64,000 nucleotides of DNA from Antedon mediterranea. Its lineage: Eukaryota; Animalia; Echinodermata. The position numbers were made by a program, and so were the translations under genes. Location: NCBI RefSeq assembly GCF_964355755.1, contig NC_092673.1, positions 15,038,948 through 15,102,947 on the forward strand. The letters are read 5' to 3'. The number at the start of each line of letters is the position of its first letter. The stretch's first letter is position 1. Shown piece after piece: positions 15,101-26,900 of this stretch. The notes under the pieces are model-generated. The model did no database searches. It was not told the origin of the DNA and saw nothing but the letters and a program-made list of their open reading frames with translations.

Positions 15101-17724
15101 GTCAATAGATAAGCAAGCTAAGCATGTACCAGTTACGTATGTGACATCCAGTGGAGTACAAAGAGAATTCCAACAACCACCACCTCCAACAAATAAGTAT
15201 GATATTTATATTTCTTTTGATCAAAATAACTATACTTCAACCTTAAGAATAGTCATATTCTTCTAAATTTAATAAATTTCATATAATTTTCATCTAAAAA
15301 ACATTTTCATAGACAACCTTATGTCAACTACAGATAACATAGTTGAACTGATCCCTGGCACTAGAACAATTTAAGTTCAAGTTCAAATTTACTGTCGAAT
15401 ACATCATGCAAATTTATATTTCAAGGTTAAAAAACATGATTAAAATATTTACAAGCAAAACATACAATAATACTAATAATAATACAATATTAAAATTATG
15501 AAATTGCACTATGATCAAGTTTTAAAAACACAGAACACTTATCGTTTAAATTGTATTATATAATATATAAACTATATAGTCTAATTGCACATGGAAAAAA
15601 TGTCTTCTTGAAGATCTTGCTTGATGTTTTCTGTCACTCCATCTATTGTTGAATAAGTATGTACCCACCCTCTTCTAAGTGCTTCATATTATTACCCCAG
15701 TTTTACCTGTACCAGGTGAACATTTGTACACCTGGGTGGAGAGAGGCAAACGTAATTAAAGTATCTTGCCTAAGGATACAAGCAAACAACTCGCGATCAA
15801 TAGTCCAATGTCCAACACACTGCGCCACATGCCCTCCAATGAAATGTGAAAATAGGTGTAAACTGTGTAGAGAAATAATGTATTTAATCCATGCTTCTGT
15901 TTTACTTAAAGTGTTCGACTATGTAGAGAAGTTATGGATGGTTTACGAGTGATGTTTGACTTCATGTTACCAGCATGTCTGCTGTACTTACCAGAGAAGA
16001 AACAGTATGAAGTGGTGGTTGCTAAAAAGAAAGTGACAACTCAGGAAAACACTCAAACCAAAGCAGATGACAGTGTGTAAGGATTTCTTGAATAAAGTTT
16101 AGCAGTTGTTTTTTTCCCTCTTTTGATGTTTGTGGGAGTGGGAGGAAATAAAGCTTGACCTATAATTAAACATGTCATGATGAGCAATTATGCTTGTGGT
16201 ACACCACAGAAATAGTTTTGAATAGATGTTTTGATCATTGTTATGTTAACATCCTGTCCTTGATATTGTATGTGCACAGAATTAGAAGGAAATAAGAGAA
16301 GGAAAAATGAAAATTTAAAGATTGATTGATTGATTGGAGAGACTCGCAATTTGGCGATAGTTGTCTTTGACAGCTCTTGTCTCTCCTCAGTGCTCCCTTT
16401 TTATATATCAGTGAAAGAATAAATAAATAATCTAGAACCACAATCATTTTCAGCTTGTGTTTCCACTGGTTAGACAGTTATGTTGATTTTTATCTCTTTA
16501 GATCTCAAACAACGACAACTCAGACAAAGGCACGTAAAAGAAGTCGGAAGTCGTCATCAGGTAGTATATCACCACCAGTTCTTGAGCCTCAGGTATCACC
16601 GTCATTTGATGTTGCCACACCAGAAGAAACCGAGACAACACGGCGTATTACAAGACGATTGTCCAGTAGTGGAAACATAGGAAGCCCTGCAACTTTGCAT
16701 TCTGAGACAAAGAAGAAAGACAACACATCGCAAAATGTAAAGTCGTCATCCAGCGGAGATCAAAGTCCTCACAAGAAAGGACGGTCAAGTCGACATTCAT
16801 CAAGGCTAGCTCCACATACCTCATGTCCACCAGATATCAGTCAGGACAAACTTCCGACAGCCACAAACCAACCACCTGCACAGCTTCCACTGCAGACAGA
16901 AGATGTTGAACCTAAGCATGCCTCTACTTGTTCCAGGACCAAGAAAGAAATACGCAATGCTAAGCATATTCTGGAAACAGCATGTTTTATGCTTGTACCA
17001 GAGAATGCTAGCCTTGATGGCTGTGTACTACCATCTAAGATGTATGGAATGCACCATCTTCTAAGGTTATTTGGTAAGTTTTGGCATACAGTGTTTAAGT
17101 AGAAAATTTCAGAAAGACATTTACCTGCTTGATGACAGAGTGGAAACCATGGTTATCATAATGACGGAAATAAAGTTATTGAACATTTTATTTTAATAGT
17201 TAAACTACCAGAGTTATTGGGCAAGATGGACATTCCACCAAAAAAACTGAAACCCTTACAAAAACATCTGGACATATTTCTCAGGTAAGTTTTAAGATAG
17301 TCACCGTCAGATTATTATGATTAACAAGGCCAGATGTCTTAAGTAATGTTTAACCCTTCTTTTAGGGAACCTCTATTAATGGGCCACTTTCCTGTAGAAC
17401 ATACCAGGGAAAATATACATTTTAAATCTACAGCTAACCGCTACTCAGAGACACCCCTATTTATTAAGGAAAGATTTCTGGAAGCTGTCTTTAATAGAAT
17501 TCTACTGTAGTAATATACAGTATACATCTGAGCAGAGCTCCCAAATGCAAAGCTACTGCGTAGTAGTTTACAATAATCATAATCCTGAAACATATATTAT
17601 CACGATTTGTATTCATGATTGTAAATCAATCATTGTTATCTATCATAGGTATTTAGCATCGACCAAACGTATAGAAGTGTTGTTTAACAAGGAAGCATAT
17701 GTAGACTGGGCATCAGGATTCTAG
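13..17724 (+). CDS. MSL3: MSL3-like gene (chromo-barrel + MRG domain), 11 coding exons: join(13..132,1928..2010,2766..2861,12595..12662,13723..13775,14115..14219,15033..15196,15912..16076,16502..17073,17200..17284,17649..17724), 528 aa
   Basis: All introns are GT-AG with consistent phases; the 1587 nt give one open frame. Motifs [49 protein letters not shown]...[21 protein letters not shown] and [20 protein letters not shown] closely resemble vertebrate MSL3 as I recall it. Confidence 0.95.
1006..1350. mobile_element. MITE, Kolobok-like
   Basis: TIR agatgtattgtcccc / ggggacaatacatct; degenerate TTAA-like flanks (ataa / ctaa). Confidence 0.6.
1928..2010 (+). CDS. MSL3: MSL3 exon 2
   Basis: ag|[27 protein letters not shown]|gtaag. 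Confidence 0.95.
2766..2861 (+). CDS. MSL3: MSL3 exon 3
   Basis: ag|(S)[31 protein letters not shown]|gtaag. Confidence 0.95.
3190..3716. mobile_element. Decayed pieces of the 5444..6216 Harbinger-like MITE family
   Basis: 3190-3360 resembles 5470-5640 (aataccgtattt...accaaatttgtggataaaa); right TIR gcagcagaaacaggccc near 3700-3715. Confidence 0.55.
3772..3897. mobile_element. Short hAT-like MITE remnant
   Basis: ggcgtaac ... gttacgccactg inverted ends. Confidence 0.4.
3918..4683. mobile_element. Tc1/mariner-pogo-type MITE
   Basis: Perfect ~24-bp TIR cagtcgactccgcctaagtcgaat; TA TSD; subterminal ttcgactta repeats; CpG-rich. Confidence 0.88.
5444..6216. mobile_element. PIF/Harbinger-like MITE
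   Basis: TIR ggccctgtttctgctgc / gcagcagaaacaggccc; 3-bp TSD atg. Confidence 0.75.
8150..9150. repeat. Long imperfect inverted repeat inside the 7603..10060 element
   Basis: 8150-8390 pairs with 8578-8770 plus 9094-9150 (catgctcaatgtttttgtttctatg vs catagaaacaaaaacattgaacatg). Confidence 0.7.
9226..10038. mobile_element. P-element-like MITE
   Basis: Perfect 28-bp TIR caaagaatatatatcacaagaatgagta; CANRG-type end; 7-bp TSD gtcttag. Confidence 0.82.
12595..12662 (+). CDS. MSL3: MSL3 exon 4 (basic, NLS-like)
   Basis: polypyrimidine+cag|(L)[22 protein letters not shown]|gtaac; phases match neighbours. Confidence 0.85.
13723..13775 (+). CDS. MSL3: MSL3 exon 5 (acidic linker)
   Basis: tag|(E)[17 protein letters not shown]|gtaagt; needed to go from phase 1 to phase 0. 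Confidence 0.82.
13845..13995. mobile_element. Short Tc1/pogo-type MITE
   Basis: cagtcaactcccc / gggagagttgactg; TA TSD. Confidence 0.75.
14115..14219 (+). CDS. MSL3: MSL3 exon 6 (start of MRG domain)
   Basis: cag|[35 protein letters not shown]|gtgag. Confidence 0.93.
14258..14575 (-). mobile_element. tRNA-derived SINE with Deu/Nin-like core
   Basis: Minus strand: A box tggccgagcgg, B box ggttcgagg, core ggactataaaccgtaggtcc...ttaaagaacc...gagtaggggttaccccggtgt, (AAAC)n tail. Confidence 0.8.
15033..15196 (+). CDS. MSL3: MSL3 exon 7
   Basis: cag|[24 protein letters not shown]...PPPPTN|gtatg; overlaps ORF 15060..15266. Confidence 0.93.
15672..15837 (-). mobile_element. Degenerate tRNA-derived SINE (CORE/Meta-like body)
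   Basis: Minus strand: gtggcgcagtg head; tccttaggcaagatacttt...tgcctctctccacccaggtgta. Confidence 0.6.
15912..16076 (+). CDS. MSL3: MSL3 exon 8
   Basis: aag|(N)[33 protein letters not shown]...|gtaag. Confidence 0.93.
16502..17073 (+). CDS. MSL3: MSL3 exon 9 (S/T/R/P-rich MRG insertion)
   Basis: Lies within ORF 16455..17102; ends [14 protein letters not shown]|gtaag. Confidence 0.93.
17200..17284 (+). CDS. MSL3: MSL3 exon 10
   Basis: tag|(V)[27 protein letters not shown]|gtaag. Confidence 0.94.
17649..17724 (+). CDS. MSL3: MSL3 exon 11 (terminal)
   Basis: tag|(R)[24 protein letters not shown]; stop TAG at 17722..17724. Confidence 0.9.
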
Positions 17725-18150
17725 ACCTCAGTGCATATTGACTTGGCAACAGAAATCAGCGTATTTGGCTGAGCACAAGATTCTAAACCTCAGCTTGTAT
17801 TGGCTGAGCACAAGATTCTAAACCTCAGCTTGTATTGGCTGAGCACAAGATTCTAAACCTCAGCTTCGGTTGGCTGAGCACAAGATTCTAAACCTCAGCT
17901 TGCGGTAACTGAGCACAAGATTCTAAACCTCAGCTTGTATTGGCTGAGCACAAGATTCTAAACCTCAGCTTGCGTTGGCTGAGCACATTATTCTAAACCT
18001 CTGCTCATGTTGACTGAGCACAGTATTTTAAACCTCCGCTCATATTGACTGAACACAAGGTTCTAAACCTCATCTTGTGTTAGGCAGCAAATGTTTCTAG
18101 GCCTCTGTAAATATTGACTGAACACTAAGGTTCTAAACAACCTTTCATAT
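17704..18150 (+). repeat. 35-bp tandem repeat (~11-12 units) at the MSL3 stop and proximal 3' UTR
   Basis: Unit ggctgagcacaagattctaaacctcagcttgtatt at 17767, 17802, 17837, 17872...; decays toward the 3' end. Confidence 0.92.
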
Positions 18151-19467
18151 GGCAGGATTTTATACTACATGTTGACTGGTTGGCAGGGTCTTGTAAACAT
18201 GGAGTACTGTACTGTACTTTGGTATTCATGGACATGTTAGAGCAATTGTCTCTATTTCTTGAAAACAAATGATAAAAACAAAAATCACAGTTACATTTAT
18301 TATGCTTTTTAATAATGTTTACACTTTTTAAAGTTTGCTCAATCATGCTAAATCTGGGTTTTAGGTTGGTTTTGGTATTGCATTGGTAACACATCTTTTG
18401 ATAATGCAGCCTAATCGTATATTAAGCCTAAAAATAAGTTATATATTAGTATAATCAAACACCCACCCTTAATGTTTTCCAGTGAAAATCTGGTTTTCAC
18501 AATCTATTTTAAATTGTATCAACATATTTGGGAGCTTAAGAAAAGTTGATTTTATGAGAGTAGATTATATTGATATTCACATTTCTTGTAATATTTTATG
18601 TGCCAAAAGTTTTTTAAATTTGATATTCTGCTGAATTGCTATTACACTTGCCAAATTAATATAAACTGTATAACTGTGAAGGTCCCACAGCACCAAGATG
18701 GTAAACATGATCATTAACTGAAAGCTCCAGTAATCTCGTATGGAATTGTTTTCTTTCGTTTATGTGAACTTAAATTTGTCACCTATTTATAGATAAGTTA
18801 TTTTTATACCAGGTTGTCTAGAGTTAGTATTTCGGCAAACAAGAACAATTTATTTTTAAGATGTTTGAAAAATCAATTGTACTTTTTATTTTGAAAAATA
18901 TTTTTATTTAGATAATGTTTCTGCTGACATTGTAAAGAAATTTAGCAATTTGTAGAATTGGTTATGTAGTAGACTGATTGTAATTTAAATACATTAATTA
19001 GTTTTGTACTTTCGGTGAAAGTGTTAACTATTAAAATCACTCTGTTATAGTGAGGTAGACAGCAAGGTGTTGTCATTAAGAAAAGATTTATCTTTATAAA
19101 TGAAATAATTCACCTTTACTTAAAAATTTAAAGAATATACTCTGTACATACAACATCTTATGTGTATCATGTGTGGTGCCTGGTATCATGTAAGGTTAGA
19201 TTAAGGGTTAGGTTATAATAGATGGTACTAGGAAATACATGTAAAACACATGTGATGCTGTGTTACTATACTGGCCAAATCTAGGCCAAATTGACCGCAT
19301 GGAAATCATGTGCTGAGATTTTGTACAATGGTATGAGAAGTACATTTTTTAGAAAATAATCTGCAGATCAAGCTCCTCAAATCCTTACTGTATATATGCA
19401 AGCAGTGGAAGGTGCTTATTGTTACCAGTTGAATATGCCTAGTGACTTCGTAGATTTAAATGCTTCT

Positions 19468-19535
19468 GCTTTTGAAATCATGGTTTAAAGTTTAAACAAT
19501 ATGCTTTTGAAATCATGGTATAAAGTTTAAACAAT
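19468..19535. repeat. Two-copy ~34-bp tandem duplication
   Basis: tgcttttgaaatcatggt(t/a)taaagtttaaacaat twice. Confidence 0.8.
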
Positions 19536-19722
19536 GTTTGTTTTTGGAAATATACTATAGTATATATAATGTATGATTAAATAATTTAAAAACTAAAGTT
19601 TTACATCAATATGTAATACAATATGTTTGTCCACACTACATAGTGTGGGTGTATTGTATTTTTTATTTGTGTAAACTCGAACAGAATATATTTTTGAAAA
19701 TATGAAAATTATCTAAAATATT

Positions 19723-19728
19723 AATAAA
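19723..19728 (+). terminator. Candidate MSL3 polyadenylation signal
   Basis: First canonical AATAAA I found after the stop; ATTAAA variants occur earlier. Confidence 0.3.
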
Positions 19729-20339
19729 ATAAGAATGATAGTGTTATATTAAAATGTCCCACCGATCTTTCAATTGAAAAAAAAATTGTTGATTTGTATA
19801 AATTTAGGAAAGGATATGCAAATTATGTGTAGCTGTTCAGAATATCGTCACTGTCATTTAATGTCACTGGCAACTGCTTCAATGCATGTTTAACTTGCTT
19901 TTATGTAACCATAGATGATGTGACTTAATATGTACCCATTTAAAAAGATGTAAAAATGAATGAGAATTTTTAATTAAAATTACAATCATAACTTTAAACA
20001 AGATTTGTATTGTGTTCCTTTTACTGTGAAATTAGTAAAGCAGTACTAGTACAGTAAACTAATAGTAATAGACATTGATGCACCAGCCAAAGACGTGTAA
20101 AAAACATTGTATGTTTTCTTTCCCACCATTGCGTTTGTGTATTTTTTATTATGTTGCATCCGTCAACCTTATAAATAGTTCTTGTTTTTTTCAAAAATTA
20201 CTTCACGTCAATAAGCATCAAGACCCATCAGTAAATAACCTACCAAATCAGTTTGAGAATCTTCAAGTTTAATTTCTTCATCATTTCATCAACAAGATTA
20301 TTGTTGTTGTAAAGGGCGCTGAATGGGATTTGTAGATTT

Positions 20340-20526
20340 AATTGTCGCGCGTAGGTACGCATGTGGCGGATGGGATGTTACGTTTTTTACATGTAGCTCA
20401 TAACAAAAAAGTTTGGAGCGCCCCCAATAACATAGTTTTTCAAAACACAAGAACAAGAAGACAACACACATCACACACAAGCAGCAGCTCTCATTCGATT
20501 CTAGTATACGGCTCCAGAGTTTGCAG
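20340..20526 (+). promoter_or_regulatory. Possible prominin promoter / non-coding first exon
   Basis: Local CpG enrichment, CA-rich UTR-like tract, donor cag|gtaaat at 20527. The ATG exon has its own acceptor (ttag 23724-23727), suggesting an upstream exon. Confidence 0.35.
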
Positions 20527-21045
20527 GTAAATAACTTGTTGGTAACTTGGTTATTAATGATAAACTGTAAGTTACACGAATACATTATAATCAATTGGTT
20601 ATGTTATATTATCCATGTAGGCCTATTGTATCACTAGGCCTAGGCCTATATGATAATTTGATTTAAAACGTTATCAAGCTTGGTCCCACCGGGATGCAGA
20701 AGTAAGAAGAGTATCGGTATGTGTTTGTTGTTTAGATAGAGAGTAGGCCTATGCGGATGTGGTTACGCACTTTTTTTTACAGAGGTGAGGTAGTTTAGGT
20801 CATAATAAATACTACAGTTCCACTGGGCCTAGGCCTACCATTACCATCATCACTAAGGTTGGGGCTATGCAATATTAACTAGTCTAGGCCTACCTAGCTA
20901 AGTACTTATAATTGTTAACAATCTCTACTTCCTTTACTTTAATTAATGTATACTGTCAGACCAATTATGTTTTCGAAAATCAATCCTTATTTCTTTCGTT
21001 TTATTTATGTTTAGGCCTAGGCCTAGTTCAAGAAAATAAGAAATA

Positions 21046-21927
21046 CGCCGTGGCTAACGATACGGTACCGTATTCTAACTTCTGTTTACTAAAGGTACGG
21101 TAATATTGCATTACGTCATAATCAGCCAATGGGGTGCTGGTACGTGTGTGACGTCATCGTATAAGGACTTGGGATTTTTTTTCATATCGCGTCTCTGTTG
21201 TTCAGTATTTTCAGTATTTATTGGTACTCACTTTCGAATCAGTGGCACACACCTTTCGGTAGTGCGTCCATACAAATATAAACAACAACATAGAAAAGGT
21301 AAAGGATGATAAAACTTACATAATTAACTTACATTGAAAAAAAAACAAAAACAAAAACAAAAACAGATGTACAGTAGTAATTGCACACTTGTTGTTTGTG
21401 TAGAGAATTCCTATCGGCGACGCCAGGCTGCGTGGGTGTGTGTGCGCTGCAGATGAGGGTTTTATTTTTATTCCAAATGGCCTATTTAGGCCTATAATAT
21501 AGGCAAATATATACAAATATTATTTGTTTACAATGGTGACCATAAACAACAAGCAAATGCGGACAATAAAGAGGCCCTCAAATACTATGATTTAGACAGT
21601 AGCCCCAGGGCTAACGAGTCACAGAAATCAGCGCACACATGCAGCTGGCCCCAGCCTGGCATCGCTTTCCCTACACAAACAAACTCATATAATGAGGTTA
21701 TAGTAGTAGGCGTAGTAAGTAGGCCTAGCCTAGGCCTCTTTTGAAACGGTTTTCTGTATTTTTTGGTTGATCACTGTTTTCGCGATATGAAAAAAATCCA
21801 CAAAGTCCTTATACGATGACGTCACACACGTACCAGCACCCCATTGGCTGGTTATGACGTAATGCAATTTTACCGTACCTTTAGTAAACAGAAGTTAGAA
21901 TACAGTACCGTATCTTTAGCCACGGCG
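21046..21927. mobile_element. MITE with ~150-bp TIRs, TA-flanked
   Basis: cgccgtggcta...catatcgcg mirrored by cgcgatatg...tagccacggcg; second inner IR ~21390-21430 / 21650-21685. Confidence 0.88.
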
Positions 21928-22283
21928 TAAAAAATATGATTTATCTACCGATAGGATTGGGCCGATTAGAATGCATTTGCCAACATTCTTCTTTTACATC
22001 TTTCACAACATTATAGAGTTTAGGTAATTTAACCGATTGTAATGTAGTATTTAGTAGGATATTTTAATATCGACTGTACTGTAGTATTTAGGATGTTTTA
22101 ATTCCGATTGTATTGTAGTATTTAAGATTTTCTAATTTCGAATCCGATTGTACTAAAATTTGAAGTGTTTAAATCCAGATAGGAATAACATAGGCCTAGT
22201 ATTTAATATGCTTTACTTTTGATTATACTGTAGTGTTTAGTTTATTTTTTATATAATAAGTAAGTATACCTACTTATATAGTT

Positions 22284-23200
22284 TTTATTTATTTATTTAT
22301 TCATAGGAATCACCTTTATATCTGTGTCACACATTTATCAGTTAATGGTGCATCCAATTTACAGACAAAATTACAAATAACATAAGCCACAAAGTTCTAA
22401 ATACTAATACATAACATCAAAACAAAATGTAAACTAATTAATTAATTAGATGTGTATGAAAATACATAATATGTAAATTGTACAATATATATAACTACAA
22501 AAATAAAAACAGAACAACAAAAATACAGGATAGGCCTAATAAATAAATAAAACTTACAGATACATCCTCATAGAGATGTCTGTAGCTTGTTTACTATAAA
22601 AGTATAATCAATTAGTTGAGAGAGGTAATGCTGATAACATTGTAGATCTAGTAACCCATGCTTTCATTAAATATTTTTTACAATAAAAATCAAGGATTTT
22701 TCCTAATGTTCATTTTCAGTGAATAAATTGTCTAGCATAAAGTGGTGTTTTAATTCCTGAGATCTACAATAAAAATTATCCCAGTACATACTTAATTATT
22801 GTCTAACAGAGTTTAATGAAGGACATTTAAATAAAAAATGGTTTACTGTTTTCGTTAGTACTACACATCTTACATAATCCTTGACCCTCAAGATCTAGAG
22901 AGTTTGATTTTGCTTTAAATTTTAAATTGATACTCTTAAAATTAGTTTTATCTAAAACACATATTGTTCAAGGTTTGGAGTTCCTTTATACATAGTATAT
23001 TCCGTTAACGTTGTTTTGGATGGAATTTCGTTTTGCATTTGGGCCTTTAAAAACCACTCGTTATGATCAACTTGTTTTATTATTTTTCCTAAATGGCTTT
23101 TCCAGTTAGTAGATGGTTCTTTATTAAATTTGTCTATGTAATTTGTTTTATTTAAAATGTCTTTAGTTAATATAGTAATATTGTTACAAAATCTTGGCAT
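22284..23200 (-). mobile_element. Decayed 3' end of a LINE
   Basis: Minus-strand ORF 22952..23200, then KTVNHFLFKCP (C-terminal zinc-knuckle motif of LINE ORF2) near 22820-22850; (TAAA)n tail at ~22284-22301. Confidence 0.65.
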
Positions 23201-23750
23201 TCCCTAACACAGTACCTAATAATAACATGCCTTATATTAAAAAGTATATGCATTGCTAGTTTTTGATGTTTTGTATTGTTCCTTGTAGTTTGTACTGTAC
23301 GTTACATAACAGAACAATTGTATTGTCTTCCCATTCAATAGACACCCTTCTATACATAAAACATAATACACCACACCCCTAGCATAATAATGGTATAGTC
23401 CATATAAGTTGAGATGGCCGAAAACGGCACCTGATCCTAAAGAGTCTATTGCGAAAAAAATATTATTATTATATTAATATTATTAATAGAATATTGTGTT
23501 ATTTTAATAATTAATATTTTATATTATTATTGTTCTTTTCATTTTCTAGTCAAAAAAATAACTAACAAACATTTGTTACAAAGTCACATAAGAGAAAAGA
23601 AAAAAAAATGTCTCCAAAGGTTTTTTACTGTCAATCACACAGTATGTATTCTTATACTAATTTCTAAGAAGTACATTACTAATAAAATATGTCATTCAAT
23701 TCGTTACATTTTATTTCAATTTGTTAGAGGGGAAAGTTTAAAGTTGCATT

Positions 23751-23973
23751 ATGATAATGAGATGTCTTATCCTGTTGGCCATCACGTTATTGGTATTTAG
23801 TGAAGTCTCGTCAACAAACACAAATAATAATGGTGACATAACTTGGGCGTCATTGCCAGAAGGCCAAGAATACAGCGAAGAAAAGTTTGATGGGGACCGG
23901 TTTCCATTAGATACTACTTGGAATTCAATAGATGGTTTCTTGAAATTCATATCACCTGGTGACCCACCATATG
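23751..23973 (+). CDS. PROM1: Prominin exon 1 (signal peptide, EC1)
   Basis: MIMRCLILLAITLLVFSEVSS...FISPGDPPY|gtatgt. Confidence 0.85.
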
Positions 23974-26900
23974 GTATGTATTCTAGTATTATTTTCTATT
24001 ACTTTTTTATTTCCTGACATCAGTTTTAAATATAATCTCGATTATCTTTTATTGAAACATTGTTAAAAAAAAATTCTGTTACAACTTGCATAGTATTTTA
24101 TTAAATTAATCAGTATTTTTTCATTTTTAATTGATCAATAGTATTTTAAAATGCTTTGGAACATACACAGAATGCTAATAATTGTTATTTAATTGTATAG
24201 TAAATTTATATAATTTTAAAATTTCTAACTAGGAAAGCACTTGGTACAGTATAATTATGAATGTTTTGATATGTTTATAGTGGTTACCATAGAAATGATT
24301 GAATGTGTGATAACCATAGTTTTCCAGTCTTTAATGTCATAATATCTGCCATTCTACATATAACTATATTACTTACAATCACAATTGAACTTGTTTGTTA
24401 TAAACTTTTGTAAAACTTGTATTCTTGTCTGAATTGTTACTAATACTGGTACTGACTGCAATATTTAAATACATTTTAATAGTGGACTCGTACTGTAAGT
24501 TAACAAATCTAGCTATTATATATTGACAAATTGTTACTGTATAAAATTCAAGTTCGATTTTATACTAATTTGGACAGCTGCTATTTGAACTGCACAATGC
24601 TACCTAAATCATGGTGATTTCATGCAATGTACAATTGTTGAATTGTTTTCTTTATTTAAATAGAAGGACATTTCTATAGAATCTATTATTGATTTGCAAA
24701 TTGATTTGTTTAAAAGGTATGGTTGTTTTGTGCAACCATGACGACTCAGATGACACTTTATATACCGTAGTTCCCCGGATATAATCCCATCCCCCTTGTA
24801 CGTGAAATTTGCCCGAATTTGGGAGGTGGGACTATACCCGGGGATTTCCCGCTGCATGAACTGAAAATGACGATATTTCTTCTAGCTACGATTTAGGCTA
24901 TCTAAAAGCTATATTCCGATGTAGGCCTAGCAATTAGACGGCCAGGCCATCTAGGCCTAGGCGGCCTAATTGGTCTTACCTGTGCTATGTCTACCGTATA
25001 GATTTTCCCCGAGATTTCTACTTAAAAAATACCCTAAAATGTGATCTAGAAAGAGTAACCCAATACAAATACTTAGGTACTATAATTGACAACAAATTAA
25101 AATGGGAGTCAAACTCTCTCATGATTTCCAAGAAGGCATCTCAAAGGCTCTACTTTCTAAGAAAACTCAAGCAAATTAGAGTTGATAACACTATTTTAAT
25201 TCTATTTTATCAAAGTATTATTCAAAGTATTTTATCTTTTAGCATTGGATGTTTTTATGGTAACTTTACTGAAAATGATAAGAAAAATATTGAGAGACCA
25301 CGTAAAATTGCACAACGTATTATTAAAGCTGATCTTACGCCTTGTTCATTTATCTATGAAAAGAGTATTCTAAAAAAAGTAAACAATATTATGAAAGACC
25401 CCACTCATCCGTTACATTACTGTTATAACTTAAATAGATCAGGCATTAGGCTACGACCTCCAAGAGCAAATCTTTGTAGAACTAGAAAATCCTTCGTTGT
25501 AAATAGCATTCATATTTTTAATTCTAATGTAAGACGTTAATGCAATTTTTAATAGTTTTACATTTTTAACAGTATTTTTAACTTTTTATCTTGTATTTTT
25601 AATCTGTTATAATACTGCACGTTTTTAAATTGTTGCAATATTGTGGTTTTAATCTACCAAGCAAAGTGAATTTCCATTTTTATGGACAAATAAAATTTCT
25701 TGAATCTTGAATCTTGAATCTAGGCCTAGCTTCTAAATCGACATGAACTCGATCATGCGCGTTCTCCATGTTCACCCACACGCTCGAGCTCTCTGTGTAA
25801 ATCGCATGTTGTTGCATGTGACACAAACTCTACTGTGCACAAGCTGGTCGGTATAGAGGGCGGTGTTTTTTTTACGGTAATCAAGCATGCACAGTAGTGT
25901 AAACAACAAGAAAGAATGTACACGTCGGCGAAAGGATGTACAGAACGTGACGATCGGGGCATGCTAGCCTTAAGGTTGTATTCAACTTAACAATGTTTGA
26001 TGAGTTTTAAGTCAGCCAAATTCAGAGAAATTACTCTATTTTTTTGGTGAGAAATTGGCGTCGGCCTAGCTAGCTACAGTAGGCCTAGGCCCACCTCTGG
26101 CCTAATGTTAAATTATACACTGGGACTTTGCCCGGGGATATGCTTGCGTGTGAAGGTAATCGTAAAGTCGGGGTGGGATTTTACCCGAGGTGGGATTATA
26201 CCTGAGGAACTACGGTAGTAGTAGGCTATAGTAGAGGTATTAAAGATACTTTTATACAGGAATGATTTTATGCCTTGAGAATATTATACTAATACTACAG
26301 TATAAAAAGTTCAAACACTAAAAACATGCCTGCCAGATAGTTTCTGTACACTGGTGTTCAGAAAAAAAATTGTCAAAAACTGGTGACATGTAATTTCTGG
26401 TCTAACTAAAGAGTTGTTTAGAAAAATGTTATTAATTTGCTTACTCAGTGTTTTCCCTAAGCCAGTTTACCAACAGGATTTACTGGAAGGAAGGACTTCC
26501 TACTGCTATTAAATACGGTAAAATATACCTTATAAAATTAATAAAGCTTACTAGTAGTGGTTGTACAGTAGTCTATGTCTACTGCAGACGCAATTAAAAA
26601 CATTACACATTCAAAAACATAAGAAGCTGTGTCATGTTGATAAAGTACAATTTGACTTGAGTATTGGATTCGGTACCTTGTCCGGAATTGATTTCTAAAT
26701 TATGAGAACTGAACACTTATTACTATGCCAAATCATTTAGGAATACATTAACTAACTTGTCTTGCACTGTACACATTTCATACTGTACTTTCTCAACACC
26801 AAATTATGAATATTACATGAAAAATGCACCCCACTAGAAGTACAGTAAACTACAGTTTATACTCAATCAATCAAATCAATCAAAAAAAGTTAAAAAAAAT

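Noticed and set aside
15854-15880. Intronic CKLCREIM resembling the start of MSL3 exon 8 (VRLCREVM)
   Set aside because: Only ~25 nt, no polypyrimidine tract, and 56 nt upstream (out of frame); chance or a tiny dead duplication.
23550-23641. Possible extra 5' UTR exon of prominin (ttctag ... gtatgt)
   Set aside because: Splice-like signals are common in such AT-rich DNA; cannot be supported without transcripts.
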